In this document: positions 54,372-64,000 of the stretch, one piece after another
Numbering within the stretch: position 1 is the stretch's first letter
Layout of the letters: the number at the start of each line of letters is the position of its first letter
From: a virus
Taxonomy: Duplodnaviria; Caudoviricetes
IMG/VR virus record: IMGVR_UViG_3300033073_001045
Coordinates: 1-64,000 of that record
Strand: one strand, 5' to 3'
Length of the DNA: 64,000 nucleotides
The notes under the pieces: model-generated
Databases searched by the model: none
Told to the model about the DNA's origin: nothing
The model's input: the letters and a program-made list of their open reading frames with translations, nothing else
Translations under genes and position numbers: made by a program

Positions 54372-55358
54372 TTATATAACTACCATTGAATTTATGACAT
54401 AAGGGTAAAGTAACTGATCGGCGTAAGCATTTCCAGTTCCTTTATATGCATCTGATGCATATTCAAACTGCCAATCAAATGTCTTAATTGTCTTAAGATA
54501 TTTGTTTGTCCAAATTCTATCTTTAGAGAAATAGTCTCCTATTAATTGAATAGCGGCTTGTTCTACATTGTCTGGGACTTCAGCCCAACCAAACTTACCC
54601 TGAACTCTGTATTTAACATCTTTAATAAAAGCTCCATTATATGAGTCATTAATTGATGGTGGTACCATTCCATTTGCTGTATATACGCTATTGTCTAGCG
54701 AGTTAGCTCTATCTACTCTTAATCCAAATCCAGTCTCAGAAACAATAGGTGCAAACATCCAATTATTTATACTATTAATATTGTCTATCAGTAGAATATC
54801 ATTTGCGTACAATTCATGTATTCTGTCTATTTTAAATGGCAGTGGCAGTATATCTGATCCAGACCCAATAACTGTTTCTGTACCATCGTATAAATAAAAG
54901 CGTTGCCCAGTGTAATTCTCAATTACTTTTCTGGCAAACTTTTCAGCCATTATTAATTCATGATAGCTCTTATACATTGGGTCTGATTGATCTGTGCCAA
55001 GACCAAGGTCTTGAACGACTTCAGCTAAAGAAGCATATGGTGTCACTACATCTACAAATGTTTCATGAAGAATTTCGTTAGAATCTACAGAGTATTTCCA
55101 AATTAGCTTTAAATTTTTGTTTCTACTTGTTAAAGCATATGGTATATTGATTTGGTATGAACCATAATCAACCTCTGATTTGTATGCTACTAAATCTTCT
55201 TCAACTGGCACTAGTGGACTAATTGATGGGACGATTGCTGGGTCCTGTGTTATATCATAAATATCAACCAGAACATCGCTATCGGCATCGACTATTGTCC
55301 CGCCCCAAAATATTTTTGTTGATGCTGGGGCGCTACTATTTTTATATACTTCTGCCAT
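54372..55358 (-). CDS. Head-tail adaptor protein
   Basis: A...IENYTGQRF ... GWAEVPDNVEQAAIQL ... LLYPY. Confidence 0.7.
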   Translation of the reverse strand: MAEVYKNSSAPASTKIFWGGTIVDADSDVLVDIYDITQDPAIVPSISPLVPVEEDLVAYKSEVDYGSYQINIPYALTSRNKNLKLIWKYSVDSNEILHETFVDVVTPYASLAEVVQDLGLGTDQSDPMYKSYHELIMAEKFARKVIENYTGQRFYLYDGTETVIGSGSDILPLPFKIDRIHELYANDILLIDNINSINNWMFAPIVSETGFGLRVDRANSLDNSVYTANGMVPPSINDSYNGAFIKDVKYRVQGKFGWAEVPDNVEQAAIQLIGDYFSKDRIWTNKYLKTIKTFDWQFEYASDAYKGTGNAYADQLLYPYVINSMVVI

Positions 55359-55373
55359 TTATAATGTTAACGC

Positions 55374-55769
55374 TTAGTGATAGAAGTCTTGAACTTCCTT
55401 TGGTGTCGCTAAACGAAAACCCTCCTCTTTATCAAAGATTTTCTGAGCATCTTCTTCTGACATTGCTACAAACGGGTGATCCTTTGTAAATGTATGTTTT
55501 AGGATATCGTATCTAGCATTTGCTCTTGTCATTCTTACGAGTACTGAGTCTTTAAGATCAACAGACTTTGGATCAAACTTTGGAAGTATTTCAATTTCTT
55601 CTGTATTGTCTTCTATATCCTGCATTGTCTTTTGATATACAGACCATGTTACGCCTTCTTCTGAAAGAGCGGCAATAATGTCTTTCTTACTTTTTAGACC
55701 TTCTGTATCAACAGCAAATTCTGTTGCAATAGCTCTTAGTTCTGCTACCTTTAATGTGTCAAACGACAT
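55374..55769 (-). CDS. Hypothetical protein with Rho-N/HeH-like N-terminus
   Basis: LKVAELRAIA ... KKDIIAAL. Confidence 0.6.
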   Translation of the reverse strand: MSFDTLKVAELRAIATEFAVDTEGLKSKKDIIAALSEEGVTWSVYQKTMQDIEDNTEEIEILPKFDPKSVDLKDSVLVRMTRANARYDILKHTFTKDHPFVAMSEEDAQKIFDKEEGFRLATPKEVQDFYH

Positions 55770-55823
55770 ATTATTTTCTCCTTTTTCTAGGTTCTTTAAT
55801 TATAGCATTGTTAAATTTAAATG

Positions 55824-55854
55824 AAAAGCCCCCAAAATTAATTGGGGGCCTTTC
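55824..55854 (-). terminator. Intrinsic terminator after the major capsid gene
   Basis: GCCCCCAA-N-TTGGGGGC-TTTT. Confidence 0.8.
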
Positions 55855-55875
55855 GGTAGTTTAATTCTTAATTAA

Positions 55876-56925
55876 TTAAGAAGCAACCTTAACGTTCTTT
55901 ACGACTACCCAAGCATCTGCTTGCTCGATTTGAACACCAACACGAGTATACATTGTGTACTCGATTGAGTCCTTGCGAGGCCAGAAGAAGCGGTAAACAG
56001 TTACGTCACGCTTGATACCAATAACTACGTTATTTGGGAATGTCAAGTGAACATCACCGTGTGAGCCTGTTGCGCCATCGTAATCACCTGTTTGTGTCTC
56101 AGGAAGAAGTGGAACTTCAACGATTGGAATACCGAATGCATATGGAGCAACGTATCCTGCTGGTCCACCAAGAACTGGAACGTCGCCACGAATGATACCT
56201 GAAGCGATATCCTGTGGTGTTACGTTCTGAATGTTCTGTGAGTTTGAGTACAAGTAGTCTTGGATAAGATTTGATCCAGACAAGAAGCGAAGGTCTGTAC
56301 GACGCTGCTTGTACTTACGAGGCAAAGCCTTGAGAGCAGAGTTGAATACTGCACGATTTAGGCCCTGACCTTCTGCGTCAACAACGTGACCATAAGTCTT
56401 TGCCTTCTTTACAGCGCCATCAAATGACTTGTAAAGTGCGTCTCCTGTAAGAGAAGAGTCACCATTAAGAATAACATCTTCGATGTCATTTCCTGCTTGT
56501 GTTGCCATCATACGTGCAATATGATCTTCAAGATCTGCACCTTCGATGTTATCTTCTAGAGATTCAGTTGAAAGCTCCCAGTCCATGCGAAGCTTCTTTG
56601 TTGTGAGAGAGATCTTAGAGAATGTTACTCCGCTGTTAGTTGCGGTATTCTCGCCTTCTGATGCAAGCTTTACAAGCTTCTCACCAATAGACATACGATC
56701 AATTTCAGTTGTATCAGCTTTCATACGGACCGTACGTGCAACCTTACCAATTACGGTAGCGTCGAACATATAATCTAGAAATCTAGCTGATTGTTCTGGG
56801 TTAAGGAGACCACCATTTCCATTTTCGGAAGCTGTGTGTACTCCTGCACCACCAGTTGAAGAGCCAAAGCCAGTTGATACTGTTGTACCTGCTGCTGCGG
56901 CCTTTTCTAATAGTTCATTACTCAT
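55876..56925 (-). CDS. Major capsid protein (HK97 fold)
   Basis: GGLLNPEQ ... ELSTESLEDNI ... ILNGD; follows the protease-scaffold; terminator downstream. Confidence 0.9.
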   Translation of the reverse strand: MSNELLEKAAAAGTTVSTGFGSSTGGAGVHTASENGNGGLLNPEQSARFLDYMFDATVIGKVARTVRMKADTTEIDRMSIGEKLVKLASEGENTATNSGVTFSKISLTTKKLRMDWELSTESLEDNIEGADLEDHIARMMATQAGNDIEDVILNGDSSLTGDALYKSFDGAVKKAKTYGHVVDAEGQGLNRAVFNSALKALPRKYKQRRTDLRFLSGSNLIQDYLYSNSQNIQNVTPQDIASGIIRGDVPVLGGPAGYVAPYAFGIPIVEVPLLPETQTGDYDGATGSHGDVHLTFPNNVVIGIKRDVTVYRFFWPRKDSIEYTMYTRVGVQIEQADAWVVVKNVKVAS

Positions 56926-56942
56926 TTTTTTTTCACCTACCC

Positions 56943-58352
56943 TTAGTTTGAAAAGATTTCATTTACGGAACCGAGGAAAGAACCGTTCCATTTTGATTTT
57001 GATTGTCTTGCTATTCCTTCTGATCGGCCAAGATCTGAGGACTTCTTAATTGCTGTATCGCCTTCTACGGCATCTACACGCTTTTGAACACTATCAATAG
57101 TGCCCTTTATTTCTGACACAGCTGCACTAAGTGCGCTATGCTTTTCTGCCAACTCTGTAATTTGGCCATTGATGCTCTTGCTGAATGACTCTACAGTTTC
57201 TTTTATTTCTGAAACCTGTGCAGCATTAGCTTCTGTAGCCTTTACTAGAGTCTCCGAGAAAAATCCCTTAAGGTCGCCCAACATTTTTGCAAAATCAGGT
57301 TCATCAACCGTGACTTCTTTTGTTTCGGCTGCTTTTTCAACGGAGTCGGCAGGAGTTGTTTCGACTGATGCTGGTGCATCTTCTGAAACTACATCAGACT
57401 TTTCAATAGCTACTTCTGCTTCAGATACAACATCTTCTGCTTCTGTAACGACTGAATCTTCAGCAACTTCAACAGCTGCTTCAACGACTGATTCTGGTAC
57501 AGCTGTTTCAACTGGAGCTTCGACTATTGCCTCTGCTTCTTTGTTAACATTAAGCTTTTCCATCTCATTACCTCCTTCTGCGTTTGCCTGTTTTGCAATT
57601 GTTTGTGTTTCAGGCAACGTCAATCTTGACTTCTTAAATGAATCAAGAATTTTATCTATTTCTTTTGATTTAGATGCGTCTGAACTTTCTACCCATCCAA
57701 TTAATGTAGCTGGTTTACCAGATACTGGTGACTCAAATGTTTTTTCTGTCGACATAAAAACAGAATCACTTTCTTCGCAATAAAAAATATTTTCTGTAAC
57801 AACTTCTGTAGCCATTCCCTTGTATACAACTTGTCCGTTCATCTTTTCAATAGAAAAAATATTACATAGCTGGTTTGCTGGTGAGTCTACAATTGATAGC
57901 TCTATGAGTTCATAATTTTTAATAAATCTTACTTGCTCGCCTGTAGATTTATTAATTTCGTTGTCTGCTTCTAAAATCTTTCCGCCTATTGAAAATCCTG
58001 ATAGCGTTCCATCGAGAACTTTTTCCCATGTATCTTGTGCGCCTTTTGAAATATATGATGTAACATAAACTCCATTATAAAACTCTTTTGTTTTTTGATC
58101 ATAATAAGTTTCTGGTCTAAAAGAAACTACCTTGCCAACTGCAAGTGGCTGATGCATCTCACGAAGATTTCCTCTAAACGATTCAAACGCCTTCATGCTT
58201 GCTTCTGCTGTAACAACATCGCCAGTTTGATCTACGTTGTCTAGTGTCGCAAAACCAGATACAGTTCTCTGTTCACGATTTACTTTCGTGAATGGTACTG
58301 ATAGGTGTACGTTGTCGCCATTACTGGACCACAGGGCCTTTTCAATGTTCAT
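56943..58352 (-). CDS. Prohead protease fused to an acidic scaffold
   Basis: VSGFAT, REMH, GFSIGG and ELSIVDSPAN; Glu/Ala-rich coiled-coil C-terminus. Confidence 0.9.
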   Translation of the reverse strand: MNIEKALWSSNGDNVHLSVPFTKVNREQRTVSGFATLDNVDQTGDVVTAEASMKAFESFRGNLREMHQPLAVGKVVSFRPETYYDQKTKEFYNGVYVTSYISKGAQDTWEKVLDGTLSGFSIGGKILEADNEINKSTGEQVRFIKNYELIELSIVDSPANQLCNIFSIEKMNGQVVYKGMATEVVTENIFYCEESDSVFMSTEKTFESPVSGKPATLIGWVESSDASKSKEIDKILDSFKKSRLTLPETQTIAKQANAEGGNEMEKLNVNKEAEAIVEAPVETAVPESVVEAAVEVAEDSVVTEAEDVVSEAEVAIEKSDVVSEDAPASVETTPADSVEKAAETKEVTVDEPDFAKMLGDLKGFFSETLVKATEANAAQVSEIKETVESFSKSINGQITELAEKHSALSAAVSEIKGTIDSVQKRVDAVEGDTAIKKSSDLGRSEGIARQSKSKWNGSFLGSVNEIFSN

Positions 58353-58405
58353 ATGGTTAATTTTATATTGTTATTTACTATAACGCAAATAGCAGTTGAT
58401 TAAAC

Positions 58406-59992
58406 TTATTTGACTTTTGGACCATCGCCTTTTGCATTTCGGCCTTCCCCATTTTTATCTGGGGCATTTTTAGCACGTTCCTGGTCTCTTGATCTATTCC
58501 CAGTAGACTTGGCATTTTGATCTGCTGCCTGCTGAGGCTTTAATTCTACTACTTCGTCTCCCCCATCAATAGGAACCATATTTTTTCTAATTCGAACTTC
58601 GTTTGGAGTTATGACCTGCATTCTCAAGTAAATTTCATCAATTTGGCTTTGAGTAATTTCATCAGTAAGGCTGAGTTCATTGAATTTTAATTCAACAACA
58701 TCTGTCTTTTCTGCAATTAAATAATTAAGCTTTTTCTCAAGTCTATCCTGAGCTGGACGACAAACTTGCTCTTTAAATGTTTTATCAGCATCACGAGCAA
58801 CTGCTAGATTTACACCCTCTGGCGTTCCAATTTTATTAATTGGGACACGGTGGGCCAAAAGGATTTCATCTCTATTTGTTTTACGATAAATATTAAATGA
58901 TGACTCCTGCTCTCCTGCCTCAATTGGCTCCATCTTAAATTCAGTCTTTGAGTCTGGTGTGTCTGCTGGAAGAGGAATATATAGAGATCTGTGATTCTTT
59001 CCTTTAAGTCCAACCTGGAAAAATTCTAGAAGCTTTCTTTCTGATTCTGGTGAAAGTTTTGCTCCCTTAACTGTAATAATATATCTTGGTACCGCTTTAT
59101 TTTCAAAGTAGTCAAGGTTATATCTTCCAGCAAATTCATTACCAGCTAGCGCTTGCTGAGCAGCAATAATATCTGGAACACCATAGTAGTTATTCATTGG
59201 TGTATATTTCTTCAAATGAATAATCTCATTTGGTCGATCTTCTTGTCCAGCAATTGGGCTTGGCGTTTCCATATCGCCAAAGTTTCTAAAGAAAACAGCC
59301 TTGCCGTAAAGAAGTTGTATGAAACCATCACGCAATCTTCTTACACGCATTGTCTTGGCTGGTATATGACCAATGTAGCCGATATCTCCAGCAACTGTAC
59401 GACCAATCTCAATGTAACCATTACCAGTCGCCTCAAGGTCTGTATAGGCCTTTATGAGGGTCTCTGTAAAAGACTCTTCTTCGTTGCAATCATCTAGCCA
59501 TAAATCAAGCTGTGTTTTAATTCTATTAATCTTTGCACGTGCTCTATCTAATTGTTTTTGATCAGTAATAGCATCCATTGCATCTTTTGTTTTTGGAGTT
59601 TCTGTAAATGTATATCCAAGACCAACAATATTTGAAACTTTTGCATTAATTGCAGCATAATTATATGTTGATATTTCATAAATCTTTGAAAGATATTCAA
59701 GGTTATAAGTTGGCTCGACAAGATCAAATAACGCATATCCGCTGATAGCTTGCTGCATTAGATTTTGCTGTGTGCCTACTCCAGAGGTACCAACAAAAGA
59801 TTTTGAAAAATCTCTATTTACCTTGCGTCTAAATGTTGATCCAAGCCCACTTAATTTTTTAATTTCTTCTAGGCCAATATTAAATGGATCTTCATGCTCT
59901 GCTTCTTTTTTAAAAGAAAACCAATCTGCAGAATTAGATATATCTATTGTATTTGAGTCTTCTGACTCATCTTCTATAAATTCAGCTCTCAT
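58406..59992 (-). CDS. Portal protein
   Basis: TGNGYIEI, EIIH, YYGVP, YFENKAVP, HRVP, ITPNEVR. Confidence 0.92.
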   Translation of the reverse strand: MRAEFIEDESEDSNTIDISNSADWFSFKKEAEHEDPFNIGLEEIKKLSGLGSTFRRKVNRDFSKSFVGTSGVGTQQNLMQQAISGYALFDLVEPTYNLEYLSKIYEISTYNYAAINAKVSNIVGLGYTFTETPKTKDAMDAITDQKQLDRARAKINRIKTQLDLWLDDCNEEESFTETLIKAYTDLEATGNGYIEIGRTVAGDIGYIGHIPAKTMRVRRLRDGFIQLLYGKAVFFRNFGDMETPSPIAGQEDRPNEIIHLKKYTPMNNYYGVPDIIAAQQALAGNEFAGRYNLDYFENKAVPRYIITVKGAKLSPESERKLLEFFQVGLKGKNHRSLYIPLPADTPDSKTEFKMEPIEAGEQESSFNIYRKTNRDEILLAHRVPINKIGTPEGVNLAVARDADKTFKEQVCRPAQDRLEKKLNYLIAEKTDVVELKFNELSLTDEITQSQIDEIYLRMQVITPNEVRIRKNMVPIDGGDEVVELKPQQAADQNAKSTGNRSRDQERAKNAPDKNGEGRNAKGDGPKVK

Positions 59993-60327
59993 TGAACTTT
60001 TCCATTTCTTAAAATTGAATCTTTATAGACGCCAATATCTAACGGATCTGGTGTAAGACCCCACTTAAGCCTTTCATTTTGATGTTCAAACTCTTCATCA
60101 TCAATTTTGCGTCTTCCTGCTAAAAACTTAGGTTGTCCTACATCTATTCCATACGAACGGACTTCTCTTGCAAGTGCGTCAATTCTAGAACGATTGCCTT
60201 TCTTTGAAGTTATCGATAAGAAATTTCCATCGTCATCACCAATCCATCTTCCATCTGGCATTTCCCAGACATATATTCCAAGGGTTGTTTCCTCGATGAT
60301 CTGACTTTTCTGATTCAATATGTTCAT
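59989..60327 (-). CDS. Hypothetical protein upstream of portal
   Basis: 112 aa; ATGA-coupled to the portal gene. Confidence 0.7.
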   Translation of the reverse strand: MNILNQKSQIIEETTLGIYVWEMPDGRWIGDDDGNFLSITSKKGNRSRIDALAREVRSYGIDVGQPKFLAGRRKIDDEEFEHQNERLKWGLTPDPLDIGVYKDSILRNGKVQ

Positions 60328-60392
60328 ATAGTACTAATTCTACCATTCTTTAATATCAAAGTCCAGATTTTGTCTTAGACATTTACAATATT

Positions 60393-62204
60393 TTATATAT
60401 TTGTCCCAATAGGGTCCCTAGTTATAAGAAAAAACGGCAAATTGTCTGTTCCTGTGTTTTTTTCTACTAAAGTAATCCCTGTATCTTCTACTGATATCAT
60501 GCCCAGCCCTATATATTTGGAATAATGATTATTCACCATATCTGATGTAAGCTGATGGTCGTATATTGCCAGGTTATTGTACATTGTTCCAGTACCCCAT
60601 GACAAGCCGTCTTGACTTTCATTAATACGCATATCTGTACTTGCAGACTCATTCAAAATAATAACTACGTGGTGCTGGATCCCTTCGGCAAAAAACTCAT
60701 TTATATTTGTAGCGTCGGACACGTTTACATTATTAACATAAATGGCGTCTATTCCAGTTTTAAGTATTAGCCCAGACGAGTCCCAAGACAATGACTCATT
60801 ATTAGTCGAAAGTAGCACACATGGTCCAGAACCTGGTGTAAAAAACATTTCTACAGACATTATATTCATTTCAGAATTTATGCTAAATCCATGACCATCA
60901 TACATCCTTAATCCATTATTACTGTTGTAGGATAGCACACGAGAATTACTTTTTGGTAGACAATATTCATAATCGGAGTATATTTTATCGTTAGAGTTAT
61001 CTCCATAAAATGACTTATCAATAAAAAATAAAAATTCAATTGATCTTAGCACTGGCAAATATTTTGATGTGTCTTCTGAATTCATTCTTACTTTAATATA
61101 CATTACATCTTCAAACTGTTGATCATTTTTATTAAAAAATGGTATGGATTTTCCATTTGTACATGTAGTCCAATTTATATTATCTAAACTTACCTGAACA
61201 GATATTCCATCTGTATCACCATCCCAGTATACTTGTGAGGATGAAAGCCCAAGATAGTTTGGAATAACAACGTAGTCTGTAAAAATAAATTCTTTTGTTT
61301 GTTGATCTGTTGTTTTTTCAAAGTACAAGTACTGTTGATCTGTTGATAATTTAACGCTATCATTAGAAACATCAGACCATTTTTTTGAAATAGGATATGA
61401 ATAAGAAAATGTATGTCTCATTCTATCTATATTCATACTAAATAAATGTCCTCCATCTGGATACACTATTTGTGATGCGTCAACCGATTTTGTGCCAGCA
61501 ATGTAGTGTTTTGCTATTTGTGCTTGCGTCAGTTCTAATTTATAAAAAGCTATGCCATCTATCATAAATCTAATATCAGATTGACCAGACTTGAACGATA
61601 TACTGTTATTAGTAAATTTATAACTATTTAAAGAAAGTGAATTTTGAAGATTAGAGTTTATATATAATGAAATTTTATTTGTTGTAAATACACCAACTAC
61701 ATGAATTGCTTCTCTGAGAGAAAATGTGCTATGAATTTCATGCGATCCTACTGAAAATATAATATTACCATTTTCATAAAATATTCCTATATTATTTGAT
61801 GGGTCACCAAGAAGTGTTATTCTTGATTCAGAATGTTCTGTTATTAAAAACCATCCTTCAATACTAAATGTATTGTCTGAATAATCCTTTGAACATATGC
61901 TATTTACTGGATAATATATTAAAGTATCTGGTAAAACTTCTGTACCACGTTCCCCGCCATGATGTATAGGCATTATCTTTTTTAACGATGCATCAGTAGA
62001 AAATCCATCGTTAAAATTACCAGAAAAATCATATACTGGAAGCCCACTAATTGCAGAATATGACACTCCGTTGTCTTTAAGATCTTGGTATGTTGCATAT
62101 TTTACTGTTAGTCCACTGTATGTTCCAACATCTCCAGAAGAAACTTCATCTAATTCATAAAAAGCAATAGGTTTATCTTTAAGGACAGTATATTTGTATG
62201 ACAT
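60393..62204 (-). CDS. LamG/concanavalin-like domain virion protein
   Basis: PIAFYELDE, FSIEGWF, HVVGVF ... LYIN, IAFYKLELTQAQIAKHY. Confidence 0.7.
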   Translation of the reverse strand: MSYKYTVLKDKPIAFYELDEVSSGDVGTYSGLTVKYATYQDLKDNGVSYSAISGLPVYDFSGNFNDGFSTDASLKKIMPIHHGGERGTEVLPDTLIYYPVNSICSKDYSDNTFSIEGWFLITEHSESRITLLGDPSNNIGIFYENGNIIFSVGSHEIHSTFSLREAIHVVGVFTTNKISLYINSNLQNSLSLNSYKFTNNSISFKSGQSDIRFMIDGIAFYKLELTQAQIAKHYIAGTKSVDASQIVYPDGGHLFSMNIDRMRHTFSYSYPISKKWSDVSNDSVKLSTDQQYLYFEKTTDQQTKEFIFTDYVVIPNYLGLSSSQVYWDGDTDGISVQVSLDNINWTTCTNGKSIPFFNKNDQQFEDVMYIKVRMNSEDTSKYLPVLRSIEFLFFIDKSFYGDNSNDKIYSDYEYCLPKSNSRVLSYNSNNGLRMYDGHGFSINSEMNIMSVEMFFTPGSGPCVLLSTNNESLSWDSSGLILKTGIDAIYVNNVNVSDATNINEFFAEGIQHHVVIILNESASTDMRINESQDGLSWGTGTMYNNLAIYDHQLTSDMVNNHYSKYIGLGMISVEDTGITLVEKNTGTDNLPFFLITRDPIGTNI

Positions 62205-62207
62205 GTC

Positions 62208-63269
62208 CTAGGCCTCTTCTAGTGCTTTAACTCTCGCTGTAAGCTCTTGTACTGCTTTAATTAATGGAGCTATAAACTCTTCATATCTTAGTGCTTGTTC
62301 TGAATTAATGTCTTCCTTATCGAGTAGAACCCATCCAGCAAAATCAACGCCAGCCTCATCAATAGCAGTTTTTACTTCTTGTGCAATTAATCCCCAGTGT
62401 GTTCTAGTTCCAGGAATAGACTGTCCATCTTCAGTAACTGAACCTTCAATAAATTTATAACTAACTGGACGAAGATCATTAATAAAATTAAGTCCTAAAG
62501 ATGAATCCTCTATGTTTGTTTTTAATCTTAAATCCGATGTATTTATTGTTCCAGTATTTGAATAGATTGTTTTCCAAAATCTATTTCCTATAACATTTAC
62601 CGTAGCATCTGGTGGCTGTCCAAGTGATATTAAATTATTAAATTGCGGGTACCAGTTTGCCGATACACCGTATGCATAGTTACCTGAGCCATCTGGAATT
62701 TTTAAGCTAATTAAATCTGTAATAGGATTAATACTTGCGTTTGCTCCAGCTGTGCCAGCTACGCCCTGTGGTCCCTGTGGTCCCTGTGGCCCTGTTGGTA
62801 TAATAAAATCTAAAAGCACATTACTAGAAGTTCCAGAATTTACTACTGAAGCATTTGATCCAGCTGCGCCAGTAGTAGTCGAATTAACTACTATTGTTGC
62901 TGCAGCATCACCTTTTGGTCCTTGAGGCCCAACTGGACCAACTGGACCAGTATCACCAGTGTCACCTTTTGGTCCCTGTGGTCCCTGTGGTCCATCGCCA
63001 CCAATTACGCCATCTACTCCCCTAGGTATTTCAAAATTTAATATTGCGGAAGAAGATGTTCCAGTATTTGTAACCTTGGCTTGTTCTGATGATGCAACCG
63101 AAGTAACCGTTCCGATACTTATTTCTGCAGCCACTCCTGGTTCACCTTGCGGACCAGGGTGTGCATCTAAATATGCATCAACATCTGCTGCTAAGTATCC
63201 AAGGTCTCTTGGAACATCTGGGGTGTCTGAATATTGCGGGTATCTGAACCCTTTCCCTGTTGTACTCAT
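62208..63269 (-). CDS. Collagen-like fibre protein with C-terminal S74 chaperone
   Basis: G-P-X triplets; SDLRLKTNI ... GLIAQEV ... LIKAVQEL. Leaderless TGGTATAAT-N6-ATG. Confidence 0.85.
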   Translation of the reverse strand: MSTTGKGFRYPQYSDTPDVPRDLGYLAADVDAYLDAHPGPQGEPGVAAEISIGTVTSVASSEQAKVTNTGTSSSAILNFEIPRGVDGVIGGDGPQGPQGPKGDTGDTGPVGPVGPQGPKGDAAATIVVNSTTTGAAGSNASVVNSGTSSNVLLDFIIPTGPQGPQGPQGVAGTAGANASINPITDLISLKIPDGSGNYAYGVSANWYPQFNNLISLGQPPDATVNVIGNRFWKTIYSNTGTINTSDLRLKTNIEDSSLGLNFINDLRPVSYKFIEGSVTEDGQSIPGTRTHWGLIAQEVKTAIDEAGVDFAGWVLLDKEDINSEQALRYEEFIAPLIKAVQELTARVKALEEA

Positions 63270-63301
63270 TTTTAAATTATACCACCTTGATCTTTATCAT
63301 A

Positions 63302-63982
63302 CTAGTGTCCTCCAACATGAAGAACCTGTCCAGTCAGACTGGATGAACGTTTATCCATGAGAAGTTCAACTAAATTTGCCACATCGTCTAAATCAAAAAG
63401 CCTTTGAATTATCTGACTTGATATTGCAGTTTGATCTCCATTTATAAGGTGTTTACGGGTAAGCCCAGTTATTATTGGACCTGGAGCTATACAGTTAGCC
63501 CTTATATTTGTATGCGAAAGTTGTTTTGCAAAACCCTTAGTAAAAGATTCTACTCCAGCCTTTGAAGCAGAATACATAGTTGCTTCATTGGCCATATGAG
63601 CGGCAAGACTAGATATATTTATTATTGCAGTGTGTTCTTCTGGATCCATGTTTGAAAGGAATGCCTGACATGAATTAAATACCCCATTTAGATTTGTATT
63701 AATGACATCATAAGCTTTATCTTCAAAAAAGAATCCAGCTGGTGTTGGCTCATATATGCCAGCACAATTTATTAATACGTTAACCTTTTTGCCAGCATCT
63801 AATATCTTTTTTGATATTTTGTACATCTGCTTTAAGTCACGAACATCAGCTATTTCTGTATCAAAATCTGGCTCATATTGAGGTTTATATAAAGATATTC
63901 CAAGAACATCATGGCCAGCAGAATGAAGTCTTTGCGCTATGTGCTGTCCCATGCCTGAACCAGATCCAGTTATAACTATCAT
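63302..63982 (-). CDS. Short-chain dehydrogenase/reductase (FabG-like)
   Basis: TGSGSGMG, INCAG, NISS, YSASK, NCIAPG. Confidence 0.9.
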   Translation of the reverse strand: MIVITGSGSGMGQHIAQRLHSAGHDVLGISLYKPQYEPDFDTEIADVRDLKQMYKISKKILDAGKKVNVLINCAGIYEPTPAGFFFEDKAYDVINTNLNGVFNSCQAFLSNMDPEEHTAIINISSLAAHMANEATMYSASKAGVESFTKGFAKQLSHTNIRANCIAPGPIITGLTRKHLINGDQTAISSQIIQRLFDLDDVANLVELLMDKRSSSLTGQVLHVGGH

Positions 63983-64000
63983 TCTGAACCGTCCGAATAG

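Larger units (their letters stand above)
1..64000 (-). mobile_element. Segment of a large tailed dsDNA phage (siphovirus-like), probably infecting Actinobacteria
   Basis: Portal, capsid, tape measure, terminase, DnaE/primase/helicase, WhiB and tRNAs in phage-style dense co-oriented operons. No host housekeeping operons and no integrase seen in the window. Confidence 0.95.

Noticed and set aside
1-64000. Prophage or bacterial chromosome origin
   Set aside because: No integrase, att site or host gene blocks were seen, and the host-like genes are interspersed singly among phage genes. Lifestyle cannot be settled from this window alone.

Overview
This is a 64-kb segment of a large, AT-rich, tailed dsDNA bacteriophage. 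Nearly every gene is on the minus strand; the one clear exception is at 769-1395. In transcription order (right to left) it contains: (1) an SDR, two fibre/lectin genes and a siphovirus-type morphogenesis block (portal, prohead protease-scaffold, HK97-type capsid, head-tail proteins, major tail protein, tail chaperone with a -1 frameshift site, a 2715-aa tape measure, tail tip and fibres; about 34.3-64 kb); (2) a replication, recombination and packaging block (metallophosphoesterase, DnaB helicase, primase, SSB, DnaE, MazG, RecA, Cas4-like nuclease, RuvC-like resolvase, terminase; about 18.1-34.3 kb); (3) five tRNAs followed by a possible structured RNA; (4) an accessory region (about 0-17.6 kb) with WhiB, thioredoxin, Hsp20, a CHAP endolysin, a thermonuclease, an APS-kinase/nucleotidyltransferase fusion, an RsmI-like methylase, a TipAS-like protein, five 2OG-Fe(II) oxygenase-like genes, a subtilase, an Ntn protease and a large PA14 surface protein. 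WhiB, MSMEG_6728-like and TipAS-like genes and many apparently leaderless promoters point to an actinobacterial host; a low-GC freshwater lineage is an inference. The most notable observations are a HipA/PI3K-like kinase module and other cargo modules inside the tape measure, a ROSE-type RNA thermometer before hsp20, a compact pseudoknot before the NAD-binding/APS-kinase genes, and a recurring promoter grammar that overlaps hairpins. All calls come from motif recognition by eye; no database searches or computations were run.
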